Source of the DNA: a virus
Taxonomy: Duplodnaviria > Heunggongvirae > Uroviricota > Caudoviricetes
Length of the DNA stretch: 17,708 bases
Strand: one strand, 5' to 3'
Virus record (IMG/VR): IMGVR_UViG_2706794691_000004
Shown here: positions 1 to 9,097 of the stretch, one piece after another
Layout: each line of letters begins with the position of its first letter
How positions within the stretch are numbered: the first letter of the stretch is position 1
Made by a program: the position numbers and the translations under genes
The notes under the pieces: generated by a model
The model's input: the letters and a program-made list of their open reading frames with translations, nothing else
Told to the model about the DNA's origin: nothing
Database searches by the model: none

Positions 1-919
1 ACTGGCCGATGACATACAGCGCCCATTTGTCCACATCCGCCGCACCAAGACGTTTCCCCATGCCGTAGCGCGGGTGGGTCAGCATATCCCACAGACACCA
101 GGCCATGTTGTTGCTGTATGCTGGTTTTAACGTTCCGTCCCAGATACCGCTGTATTGTCGCGTCTGCGGGTTATAGTTCGACGGCACCTGCAGAATGCGC
201 CCGCGAAGATGATAATTACGACTCACCTGCTGGCTGCCGAACTGCTCCGAGTCCACCTGTACGCCGACCAGTGCAGTGTTCGGGTAGCACTGTTTCACAT
301 CGATGATTTCGGTGTATGACGACCAGAGCGTTTTGTTCTGCAGCTGGTCTGTGGTGCTGTCCGGTGTCATCCTGCGCATCCGGATACTGAACGGGCGCGG
401 AGGCAGGTTATCCACCACCACCGAGACCAGATACTGCGAGGTGGTTTTGCCCTTAATGGTGATGTCTTTTTCCGTCACCCAGCCACCGTTACGCTGTATC
501 TGAACCAGCAGGCGGACTTCCGACGGATTCCTGTCTCCCTTTGAGGTGGTTTCCACCAGTGCCTGTACACCGAAGGTAAAGCGCAGACGGTCGATGTTTG
601 CCGACGTGATGGTCCGGGTGATCGGCGTGTCATATTTCACTTCCGTACCCAGCACCGTCTCGGAGCCGGAGGATTCAAACCCCTCCGGCGGTGACTGCTC
701 CTGCTCACCTGCCCGGAACACCACCGTGACGCCGGAGATGTTGGTATTCCCCTCATTGTCCAGCACCGGCGTACTGTTCAGCAGCACGCTTTTTAATCCA
801 TCCACCGGACCTTCAACCGGCCCTTCGCTGATGGCATCGATCACACTCAGCAGCTGCGTGGACTTCAGGTTGTCCTTCGCTTCGCGCGGGGTATGCCCCT
901 TACTGCTGCCTTTACCCAT
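1..919 (-). CDS. J: Tail tip / host-specificity protein J, N-terminal ~306 codons (continues beyond window start)
   Basis: Minus-strand ATG at 919-917 translates to MGKGSSK... and runs open to the window edge ending ...NNMAWCLWDMLTHPRYGMGKRLGAADVDKWALYVIGQ; matches the lambda gpJ N-terminus as I recall it. Not in the ORF track because every plus-frame ORF here is antisense. Confidence 0.9.
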   Translation of the reverse strand, partial: MGKGSSKGHTPREAKDNLKSTQLLSVIDAISEGPVEGPVDGLKSVLLNSTPVLDNEGNTNISGVTVVFRAGEQEQSPPEGFESSGSETVLGTEVKYDTPITRTITSANIDRLRFTFGVQALVETTSKGDRNPSEVRLLVQIQRNGGWVTEKDITIKGKTTSQYLVSVVVDNLPPRPFSIRMRRMTPDSTTDQLQNKTLWSSYTEIIDVKQCYPNTALVGVQVDSEQFGSQQVSRNYHLRGRILQVPSNYNPQTRQYSGIWDGTLKPAYSNNMAWCLWDMLTHPRYGMGKRLGAADVDKWALYVIGQ

Positions 920-941
920 TCCTCACGCTCCATAAACGACA

Positions 942-962
942 AAACCGCCCGCAGGCGGTTTC
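942..962 (-). other. Stem-loop in the I-J spacer (AAACCGCC-UGCG-GGCGGUUU on the mRNA, followed by a U-rich run)
   Basis: Inverted repeat read directly; sits in the 60-nt gap between the I stop (980) and the J start (919). I believe the same hairpin exists in lambda. Confidence 0.4.
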
Positions 963-979
963 TCATAAAACATTTTGCA

Positions 980-1627
980 TCAGCGACCAATCACCACAAC
1001 CTGACCACCATCCCCTTCGTCTGCCGTGCTGATCTCCTGAGAAACCACACGTGACCCCACGCGCATTTCCCCGTACAGAACAGGCAGAACATTACCCTGG
1101 GCAACCATGTTATCCAGTGACGAGAAATACGTGTTCTGTTTGCCGTTATCTGTACTGGCTGCCGTGGGCGTCCTGGCTTTCGGTGCCAGCATCTGCGCCA
1201 CACCACCCAGGATCATACTGGCCCCTGCTGCATACATACCCGATACAGCCGCGGCCCCCAGCCAGCCCACAGGGTTCCACCATGCCACCGCAATCAGCGC
1301 CGCACCCAGCACCGCCTGAAACACACCGCCACTTTTGGCACCCGCCAGACGCGGAACGATGTGGATCACGGCACCATTTGCCAGCGGTTCATTAAGACGG
1401 GCAGATAATTCATTTTCGCCTGCATCACGCCCGGCAATGCGCACCTGATACCAGCCGTCGCTCAGTTTCTGACGAAATGCCGGGAGCTGTGTGGCCAGTG
1501 CCCGGATGGCTTCGGCCCCCGTTTTCACACGAAGGTCGATGCGGCGGCCAAATCGCTGCAAATCCCCGTAAAGGCAGATGCGTGCCATGCCCGGTGACGC
1601 CAGAGGGAGTGTGTGCGTCGCTGCCAT
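980..1627 (-). CDS. I: Tail tip assembly protein I
   Basis: 215-aa ORF MAATHTLPLASPGMARICLYGDLQRFGRR...VVVIGR; near-identical to lambda gpI as recalled; start overlaps the 3' end of K by 103 nt. Confidence 0.9.
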   Translation of the reverse strand: MAATHTLPLASPGMARICLYGDLQRFGRRIDLRVKTGAEAIRALATQLPAFRQKLSDGWYQVRIAGRDAGENELSARLNEPLANGAVIHIVPRLAGAKSGGVFQAVLGAALIAVAWWNPVGWLGAAAVSGMYAAGASMILGGVAQMLAPKARTPTAASTDNGKQNTYFSSLDNMVAQGNVLPVLYGEMRVGSRVVSQEISTADEGDGGQVVVIGR

Positions 1628-2268
1628 TTGTCGGTGTACCTCTCTCGTTTGCTCAGTTGTTCAGGAATATGGTGCAGCAGCTCGCCGTCACCACAGTAAA
1701 TGGCGGCATGATTCGGCACCGATGAACCAAAGCAGCACAGCAGCACATCGCCCGGCTGCGCCGTTGACAACGGCACCTGATACAGCCCTGTAGCCTCCAG
1801 ATTATCCAGATAGAGATTCTGACCATTACGCCACCAGTCGTCCTCACGATGAAAATCTGGCATCTCAATTCCCGCCAGATGGTAAGCGTCCCGGAACAGC
1901 GTGTAACAGTCCGTCACCCCGTGCTCAAAGCGCCGCCCGGTGAGATGCGGCACACAGCGGAACTTATGAATCGCCCCCCGGCAGACCAGCCACCACGGCA
2001 AATCACTCTGCACCTGCAGCCGCCGGTCGGCCTCACTCAGCCAGGGCAGACCACCGGGGTGGCTGTGGACCAGCGCCACAATCTCACCCTGCATCTCTGC
2101 CTGCAGCCAGTCCTCCGGAGCCATCCGGAAATACTCCTCCGGCTCACCGGAAATATTCACGCAGGGAAAATATCTTTCCCCCTCCGGCGTTCTCACCACG
2201 AAGCCGCACGACTCCGCTGGCGCACATCGCCGGGCGTGCGCCAGAATCGCTGATTCTGTCTCTGTCAT
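1525..2268 (-). CDS. K: Tail tip assembly protein K (JAMM/MPN metalloprotease-like domain plus NlpC/P60-like Cys-His domain)
   Basis: Start taken at MTETESAIL (2268), 4 nt after the L stop. JAMM-like motif HSHPGGLPWLSEAD; C-terminal GVTDCYTLF...HAAIY resembles NlpC/P60. An alternative internal start at M49 (2124, MAPEDW) would give 199 aa. Confidence 0.85.
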   Translation of the reverse strand: MTETESAILAHARRCAPAESCGFVVRTPEGERYFPCVNISGEPEEYFRMAPEDWLQAEMQGEIVALVHSHPGGLPWLSEADRRLQVQSDLPWWLVCRGAIHKFRCVPHLTGRRFEHGVTDCYTLFRDAYHLAGIEMPDFHREDDWWRNGQNLYLDNLEATGLYQVPLSTAQPGDVLLCCFGSSVPNHAAIYCGDGELLHHIPEQLSKRERYTDKWQRRTHSLWRHRAWHASAFTGICSDLAAASTFV

Positions 2269-2272
2269 GGGA

Positions 2273-2971
2273 TTACTGCGAAAGTTTGTTAATGGAAAGG
2301 AAGCCGCCAAAGTTGCCGACGTTATTGCGGAACTTACAACCGCTCAGGCATTTGCTGCATTTATCCTTCGTGATATCGGACGTTGGCTGGTCATATTCAT
2401 CCGCGACAGCCGGACCGTGATAACCGCACTCATCACCGCGATAGGTCCAGGTGCAGGTATTAGCAAGCATGATGCGCCCCGGAAAAACAGCGCCGTCCGT
2501 TTCCGTCGGCGTGGACAGTACAAAGGAGGCACTGACCGCGCTCAGTTCGCTGCACTGCTCAATACGCCAGCGGCTGATCACCTCCTGCTCCGGATCGGCG
2601 TCACTGTTTCCGTTGACGAAGTTCACCGCATCCAGAAAACGGGCGTAAACCTTACGCCTGACCACCGTTCCGCCGACCAGACTCTGCAGGTCTTCCGCCA
2701 TCCCGGTGACCATGCCGTGCAGATTAGAGACTTTCAGCGTTGGCCTTGCACTGGCACCTTTGCCGTTCATCTCAAATCCACTCCCCTGAATGGGATAGGC
2801 CTGATACTGCCGACTCTGCCAGGTGACAGACTCTCCTTTCTCGTTCTGCTCATTGCAGAAAAAGTAGCGATCCCCGCCTACCTCGGTCAGGTCGATTTCC
2901 CAGAGCACCACGCTGGCCGACTGCTCCGCACGAATGCATTCATTCAGCGTTTCCTGTTGTATGTCCTGCAT
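2273..2971 (-). CDS. L: Tail tip protein L
   Basis: 232-aa ORF MQDIQQETLNECIRAEQSASVVLWEIDL...; lambda gpL-like as recalled; its ATG overlaps the TGA of the upstream M-like gene by 1 nt. Confidence 0.9.
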   Translation of the reverse strand: MQDIQQETLNECIRAEQSASVVLWEIDLTEVGGDRYFFCNEQNEKGESVTWQSRQYQAYPIQGSGFEMNGKGASARPTLKVSNLHGMVTGMAEDLQSLVGGTVVRRKVYARFLDAVNFVNGNSDADPEQEVISRWRIEQCSELSAVSASFVLSTPTETDGAVFPGRIMLANTCTWTYRGDECGYHGPAVADEYDQPTSDITKDKCSKCLSGCKFRNNVGNFGGFLSINKLSQ

Positions 2972-3267
2972 CAGATCACCACTTCGTCAAACTGACACGA
3001 AAAATCGGTATAGGTGATATGTTCTGTCGCTGACCACGTTCGACACACCACTCTGATTTTTCTGTTAATACCCGGCGGGCGCCAAAAAAAAGATTTATAG
3101 CCTTCATGCCGGGCTAAAAATTTTTCAAATGAATCACGTTCATTCGCCTCAACTTTGAAATCACAGGTGAAAACGCGCAGAGAATGATTAAGTCCATTTG
3201 GACTTCGTTGCTCATAACCATCACCAAATCTTACAGTTTTTATCGATGGTTTATTTTCTGTTTTCAT
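2971..3267 (-). CDS. Tail tip protein M-like (divergent from lambda M)
   Basis: Start chosen at MKTENKPSIKTVRFGDGYEQ (ATG 3267, preceded by GAGGA); the track's longer ORF begins at a GTG at 3309 that overlaps the tape measure stop. Shares the VRFGDGY...KSF.W.PP pattern and a ...EVV C-terminus with lambda gpM as recalled, but is clearly diverged. Confidence 0.7.
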   Translation of the reverse strand: MKTENKPSIKTVRFGDGYEQRSPNGLNHSLRVFTCDFKVEANERDSFEKFLARHEGYKSFFWRPPGINRKIRVVCRTWSATEHITYTDFSCQFDEVVI

Positions 3268-3301
3268 TCCATCCTCTGGTAACCAGTGAAATTCTTCCGT
3301 A

Positions 3302-6300
3302 TTAGCCACTTAACATTCCCCCATCACGTCGCATATTTAACAGATTGCCCTGCACCCGCTGATCAACCATCCCCATAAGTGCTTTTATTGCCTGAGGGCC
3401 AATCTCTCCATTCTGGCCGTCATTTTGAATAGTGATTTGGTATACAGGGGCATAGGTAATATCTCCGCCTCCATTACCACTTTTACTATTAATAGCTCTG
3501 ACACCAAGAGAACCATCGGAAGTTCGTGTTAATGGCATAATGGCTTCCGGTCCAGCCTCACCAAAAACACCAGCCCCTTTTGCAAAAGCAAAAAATTGCG
3601 GGGAATCATAAATACCGTTCGAATACGTGCTCAATGACGGAGACTCATAAACACCGCCCTTTGCATTCGGAATAAATTTACTAATAGCACTCCCGATAGT
3701 TCCTAAAATCCCCCCAGAAGAACTGTTACTAATGCTGTCGAAAATCCCAGTAATTGAAGCCTTTAATGCTATTCGACTAAGATCCGAAATCACGGAAGTA
3801 GCGAAAGAACGAAAATTTGCCTTGCCTGTCGTGACAAAATCACCCAGCGCATCGGTCATCCCATCAAACATCTGAGTCGTGGTTGATTTTATCTGCTCAC
3901 TGATATCCTTAGTGTCATCCAGCCAGTTATTGAATCCCTGGGAGGCACCACTAACCCAGTCTCCTGCCTGAATATCGAGCTGCTCGTTTTTCTGTCTGAC
4001 AATTTCTTTTTCCCGTTCCAGAGCATCATTCAGAGCCTGCATTTTCTCTTGAAAAACATGATCTGACATTCCACGGGATTTATCTGCATAGTCACGTTCA
4101 AGTTGCAGACGCTGATTGTTATATCCATGTTCAATCCGCAGTAATTCCTGCTGGCGNNNNNNNNNNNNNNNNNNNNNNNNNNNNNNNNNNNNNNNNNNNN
4201 NNNNNNNNNNNNNNNNNNNNNNNNNNNNNNNNNNNNNNNNNNNNNNNNNNNNNNNNNNNNNNNNNNNNNNNNNNNNNNNNNNNNNNNNNNNNNNNNNNNN
4301 NNNNNNNNNNNNNNNNNNNNNNNNNNNNNNNNNNNNNNNNNNNNNNNNNNNNNNNNNNNNNNNNNNNNNNNNNNNNNNNNNNNNNNNNNNNNNNNNNNNN
4401 NNNNNNNNNNNCCACTTAACCAGTTCCTGTTCAGAGGAACTTAATTTAACGGTCAACTCAGCTTGTGAACTTAGTAACGCATTCTGTTGATTCAGATGAT
4501 CAATCATTCGTTGGGCTGCATCATCAGAATAACCTTTCGCCTTTGGTTGCTTTGGATCTTTATAACGCTCATTTATTTGAGCGATAAGATTATTATATTC
4601 TTCCTTTGAATACTGATTCTTTAGCTTTTCCAGTTTTGCAAGTTCACTAGCTCTCTGCTGCTCCCGGGTCTGATATTGTTTTGAAAAGGCATCTGCTCTC
4701 TGTCTGAGTTCAATTCCTTCCTGTTGTCGCTTGTTGTAATCGTTTATTGATGAATTTAGTACGTCCTGAGCAATTTTTTCTGCTTGAAGTACGCCCAATT
4801 GCTGCTTTAATCGTGCCAGCCTTTTATTTTGAGCTCCGCCATCTCCAATGCCACCTAACCCGAAAACTCCGGGTCGGGTATTTTTTTCTATTTCATCAAT
4901 TTGACGGAGAACATCTGAGATTTTTTGATCAAGGGAGGCCTCACGGCCAATATCCAGCATGGAATCCCATGCCCATTTTGCGGAGTCTGCGACAGCTTTC
5001 CATGCAGTCTCAAGATAACCAAGATTTTCTTTAATCTGGTTGGTGCGCTGGATCATTGAGGATGAGTATTCTTCTGTCGCAATGCGGGCGGCCTCCTGCT
5101 GGTTCCCTTCATCCTGTAGCGCCTTAATCTGGTTATAAGTCGCAAGTGTCAGAAAATGGTACTGATCATTAAGTTTTGATATGGCACTGACAGGATCCTT
5201 TGCAATTTCATTGAAGTCATTAACCAGTTGTTCGGTTGATATTCCTGTTACTTCGCTCGTTTTTACTATCGCTGTCGTCACTTGCTCCAGCGAACTGCTC
5301 GCTACCTTTCCCGAACGCACAAGCTGATTTAATACTGCCGCCGCAGCACCAGTTGTCGAATCAGCCGCATTCCCGGCACGTTGAGCTATATCGCCCAATT
5401 GCCCGCTGGTTGTCCCCAACTGATTTCCGGTAAGAATAAGAGATTTATTAAATTCGTCCTGCTCCTGAGAGCCTTTATAGTAAGCCAGTCCTAAGACCCC
5501 AACGGCTGCTGCGGCCAGGGTAAAAGGATTAATTAATCCCAGCACATAAGAACCTACACCTTTGATCGCCGGGCCAATCCCACCGAACATATCTTTTAGC
5601 TGGCCGCCCTGCTGCATTAACACCATAAATGGCGACTGACCAGTGGACAACCCAACAACAATATCCGTCATTTGTACAGGCAACATGCGCATAGCAAAAG
5701 CCGTTTGTTTTGCCGACATTCCGGTTTTGCTTAATTGTGATTGAGTAACCTCAAGCTCACTCCGCATAGCACGAAGTTTTCCAGAAAGCTCCTCATACAT
5801 TTCAGGAGAAAGCATCCCCTTAGCTTTTGCTTCATTGAGCTGTTTCTGTTGTTCTACCAGACGATTAAAAGCAGTTCCGACAGGATCAAGTTGAGCAATC
5901 AGACGTTGCAAAGCAACAACCTGTTCATCATGCGCTTTTGCTGCTTCTCGCTCTGCCTGAGCCTCTCCGGTAAGCTCTCGCCGTGTTTCCTGTATTTTTC
6001 GGCTATAATTCTCAAACTGAGAACCATTTATTTTCCCGGATGCAAACGCAGCATTAAGTTCATCATGCTGTTGTTCAAGATTTCTTAGCGCCGCAGCCAG
6101 AGGGTCGATCTTGTCCAGCATTCTTTGAAAGGCCTGAGCCTGCGCTTNNNNNNNNNNNNNNNNNNNNNNNNNNNNNNNNNNNNNNNNNNNNNNNNNNNNN
6201 NNNNNNNNNNNNNNNNNNNNNNNNNNNNNNNNNNNNNNNNNNNNNNNNNNNNNNNNNNNNNNNNNNNNNNNNNNNNNNNNNNNNNNNNNNNNNNNNNNNN

Positions 6301-6555
6301 NNNNNNNNNNNNNNNNNNNNNNNNNNNNNNNNNNNNNNNNNNNNNNNNNNNNNNNNNNNNNNNNNNNNNNNNNNNNNNNNNNNNNNNNNNNNNNNNNNNN
6401 NNNNNNNNTGTTGCCTTAGTCACTTTCCCTGCGCTATTTGCAGCAGTTTCCCCAGCCTGCGTCATTTTGACTAATGAGGAGGTCAGATTGTCAGCATTAT
6501 TTTTCGCTCCAGTGCTATCAATAATTATTGCGAGACGCGAGGTTTGCTCTGCCAT
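3302..6555 (-). CDS. Tail tape measure protein (about 1080 aa, interrupted by two N runs)
   Basis: ATG at 6555 preceded by AGGAG; N-terminus [14 protein letters not shown]...; [37 protein letters not shown] matches the conserved lambda gpH N-terminal motif as recalled; long Q/E/K-rich coiled-coil middle; C-terminus ...[38 protein letters not shown] resembles the lambda gpH C-terminus. Frames on either side of the N run at 6148..6408 differ. Confidence 0.85.
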
Positions 6556-6573
6556 TTATTAAAACTCCTGACA

Positions 6574-6600
6574 ACAAAAAACCCACCGCGAAGTGGGTTT
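6574..6600 (-). terminator. Intrinsic-terminator-like hairpin immediately upstream of the tape measure RBS
   Basis: mRNA reads AAACCCAC-UUCGCG-GUGGGUUU followed by UUUUGUUGUC, then AGGAG and the tape measure ATG. Confidence 0.5.
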
Positions 6601-6720
6601 CAGGCGACATAATAGTAGATATAGCGATTACGAGGCCACGCAATGCTTTTCTCCAGGAGCATCATCGATTTAATTAAAGACACCATCACATCTCTGTAAC
6701 AGAGTGTACGTAATTAACAA

Positions 6721-7478
6721 CTACACACACTGCTCCTGAAAATACTGGTCATCCAGTGCAAAGATCACTGCTTCAAATTCATCGCGCTCAATCAATACCG
6801 GATGAGTGGCTAAATATTCATTTATCTCTGTCAGAGATAAAGGCAAAGGCACCCCAGCCATTCCAGCATAACGTCGGGCACGGGATATTACCGAATAGGC
6901 GTACAACAACTCCTTAAGCACCGGGTCTATTTCTGGTTCCGGTATCGGTGGCAACCTGAGTTTTTCTCGCTTCCATCTTGCCTTTTCCCCCCTTTCTCCC
7001 CCGAACTCCGATAACCACCGCTGGGCAGCTATGGCTTTTTTATCGTATCCTGCTTCTGCTGCTCTTTACCCTGGGCGATGCTGGCTGCTTCTGCAAGGAT
7101 CTGCCAGTACAACTCTGGATTCTGCTTAAGCAGCGCGATCCCTCGTTCTGCCGTATATTCCAGTGCAACCTCAACACCATTAACCAGTTCACCAACCCCT
7201 TTCCAGTCTTTCAGCAGATAACGAGCGGCATTATCAATGAGTAAATCATCAACAGAATCCACCTCGGAAACCTTTGAAATATCAAACTCCTTCGTTCCGA
7301 CGTGCAAACTGGCATCCATTTTCTCAATGTGGCGACGGATTAATGCATTACGGGAGCGATACTGATCGTTATCGCTGCTTGCCACCAACAGTTTTAACCC
7401 GTCTACAGGTTTTAAGTCCTTCATTGGCGTAAACCAGCGTTCTCCACCAATGATAATTTTCTGATTAAGAATAAACAT
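6721..7478 (-). CDS. Tail assembly chaperone G-T fusion product made by programmed -1 frameshift
   Basis: The -1 frame relative to G is open from the slippery site to a TAG at 6721-6723, encoding ...KK/AIAAQRWLSEFGGERGEKARWKREKLRLPPIPEPEIDPVLKELLYAYSVISRARRYAGMAGVPLPLSLTEINEYLATHPVLIERDEFEAVIFALDDQYFQEQCV; position between major tail and tape measure genes matches the conserved G/G-T arrangement. Confidence 0.7.
7029..7478 (-). CDS. Tail assembly chaperone (lambda G analogue)
   Basis: Start at MFILNQKIIIGGERWF (ATG 7478, GAGGT 5 nt upstream); acidic ~149-aa protein; stop TAG at 7029-7031. Confidence 0.75.
   Translation of the reverse strand: MFILNQKIIIGGERWFTPMKDLKPVDGLKLLVASSDNDQYRSRNALIRRHIEKMDASLHVGTKEFDISKVSEVDSVDDLLIDNAARYLLKDWKGVGELVNGVEVALEYTAERGIALLKQNPELYWQILAEAASIAQGKEQQKQDTIKKP
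7035..7041 (-). other. Slippery heptamer A_AAA_AAG for the -1 ribosomal frameshift, two codons before the G stop
   Basis: mRNA reads ...GAU ACG AUA AAA AAG CCA UAG; the heptamer is the same class as the E. coli dnaX shift site. Confidence 0.65.
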
Positions 7479-7538
7479 CCATAACCTCATTCAATGCGTC
7501 CCCCTGTAGGGCAGTACCACAGGAGGAATAACGGAAAA

Positions 7539-8301
7539 TCAACTAATCGCCTCAGCACTGGCTTTTGCGATCACGGCAGCCGGGGAATTTTTTTTTCTGG
7601 TTATCGTAGGTGCTTCATCTGCTGCGGTAATGCTCAATTGAACCTGGATAATGTCGCTATTACCCCCATCAGGCCATTCACCTGACACCTGAACCTTCGG
7701 GAAACTGAAAGTGTATGCCCCCTCTCCATTCGAAAGCGTGAAGCTGAACGGAACTGTTTCTCCAGTCAGTGTTTTACTCCAGATTTCCCACGCGGCTTTA
7801 GACCATGANNNNNNNNNNNNNNNNNNNNNNNNNNNNNNNNNNNNNNNNNNNNNNNNNNNNNNNNNNNNNNNNNNNNNNNNNNNNNNNNNNNNNNNNNNNN
7901 NNNNNNNNNNNNNNNNNNNNNNNNNNNNNNNNNNNNNNNNNNNNNNNNNNNNNNNNNNNNNNNNNNNNNNNNNNNNNNNNNNNNNNNNNNNNNNNNNNNN
8001 NNNNNNNNNNNNNNNNNNNNNNNNNNNNNNNNNNNNNNNNNNNNNNNNNNNNNNNNNNNNNNNNNNNNNNNNNTTGACCCCAGCGAAATTTGGTACCAAC
8101 ATCACCGCCGACATCCACAGTGCCAGGCGTCGCCCCCTGAGCCATCCGGGAGCCACCAATCTCATTATTTTCGCCTTTATTCTGGGTGGGTTTTACTCCC
8201 CAGCTTGTGCGTTTTAATAAACTCCAGTCACCACTTGCTGGCGTAGTGCCTGCAACCGTCTCCCGGATAAATGCCGAGATAACCTTTGCACCTGAACTCA
8301 C
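7539..8301 (-). CDS. Major tail (tube) protein, interrupted by an N run
   Basis: GTG start at 8301 with AGGAGG 6 nt upstream (MSSGAKVISAFIRETVAGTT...); C-terminal segment ...FSFTLSNGEGAYTFSFPKVQVSGEWPDGGNSDIIQVQLSITAADEAPTI; located directly upstream of the chaperone gene. Frames differ across the N run at 7809..8073. Confidence 0.7.
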
Positions 8302-8327
8302 AGGAGCCTCCTATGTCATTAATTGCG

Positions 8328-8720
8328 CTAGAGCGCGCGATATGGAATTTGAAGATTAAGCTGGAACCAGCCATTCTTTTCGCCAACGGCTATTGAGGAA
8401 ACAGCCTGGTAACTGAGACGATCGTCATCCTGAAACTCAAACAGTTCCCGCAATTTATCGGCTGTCTCAGTAATGAGTTTTGAACCAGAACCTGCGGGGA
8501 CAAATAACTGAATAATGATTATCCCCGTGCGATAAACAACCGGCCCCGCGCCAATTTCATTAACTCCAGCCTGCCCGGGAATATTACTTAACCGCGCCCA
8601 GATTAACTTACCGGAAGGATCGAACGTTGGCCCGTTCGGATACAATACGTCTTTTCCATCAATAATCGTCTGTGCCGTCATTCTGGAAATAACCGTATTT
8701 CTGATTTCAGTAAACTTCAT
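8328..8720 (-). CDS. Tail terminator / tail completion protein (gpU-like size and position)
   Basis: 130-aa ORF MKFTEIRNTVISRMTAQTII...; directly upstream of the major tail gene; ATGA start/stop overlap with the preceding gene. Confidence 0.5.
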   Translation of the reverse strand: MKFTEIRNTVISRMTAQTIIDGKDVLYPNGPTFDPSGKLIWARLSNIPGQAGVNEIGAGPVVYRTGIIIIQLFVPAGSGSKLITETADKLRELFEFQDDDRLSYQAVSSIAVGEKNGWFQLNLQIPYRAL

Positions 8721-9097
8721 TTGTAAGCCTGTAAAACACCATGAAAAGCGTTGGCATACACGCCAGTTGGCGCTTGTTGTGAATGACCGTTTTCAAGAGC
8801 CTCTGCATAAGGAAGGTTATTCTGGATATAAATAACCCCGTAATTTGCAGCTTTCGAAATAACCCCGATCCCACGCTGAACAGCAATCGTACCGTTCGGA
8901 TCCACGTTATCAGATATACCAAAATCGGGATGCTGTAACGACACCAGGTTGTTATTTCTGAAACGTCCGGTATCAACCGGAGCAGCAATATCAATAGCAG
9001 TAAGAATCTGCATAGCGATGTAGCGAATCTTCAGCCCTACATCTTCCTCAATCATCCCGGCAAATATTGACGGTTCTATATCCCATGCCTTTGCCAT
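8717..9097 (-). CDS. Head-tail connector protein, HK97 gp10-like family
   Basis: 126-aa ORF with APVDTGRFRNN motif that I associate with the HK97 gp10 family; translationally coupled on both sides. Confidence 0.55.
   Translation of the reverse strand: MAKAWDIEPSIFAGMIEEDVGLKIRYIAMQILTAIDIAAPVDTGRFRNNNLVSLQHPDFGISDNVDPNGTIAVQRGIGVISKAANYGVIYIQNNLPYAEALENGHSQQAPTGVYANAFHGVLQAYK

Noticed and set aside
980-1206. Minus-strand 71-aa ORF 991..1206 and similar short overlapping ORFs
   Set aside because: Nested out of frame inside the lambda-like I gene; no independent support.
6085-6555. Track ORF 6085..6555 as a separate 156-aa gene
   Set aside because: Its N-terminus is the tape measure start; the residues after the N run ([11 protein letters not shown]...) are an out-of-frame read over real tape-measure coding sequence.
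6583-6684. 33-codon minus-strand ORF in the G-T/tape-measure spacer, starting at the second ATG of ...AGAGATGTGATGGTG... (translation MVSLIKSMMLLEKSIAW...)
   Set aside because: No convincing RBS, low-complexity sequence, and it runs through the terminator-like hairpin; treated as chance.
6983-6989. GGGAAAA heptamer on the minus strand as the frameshift site
   Set aside because: It lies downstream of the G stop codon (7029-7031), so a ribosome in the G frame never reaches it; the A_AAA_AAG site at 7035..7041 is the one correctly placed.
7539-8165. N-terminal residues MRLVAPGWLRGRRL... of track ORF 7539..8165, and the ...MV tail of 7798..8301
   Set aside because: Both are out-of-frame reads adjoining the N run; the real major tail N-terminus is MSSGAKVIS from GTG 8301 and the real C-terminus is in the 7539 frame.
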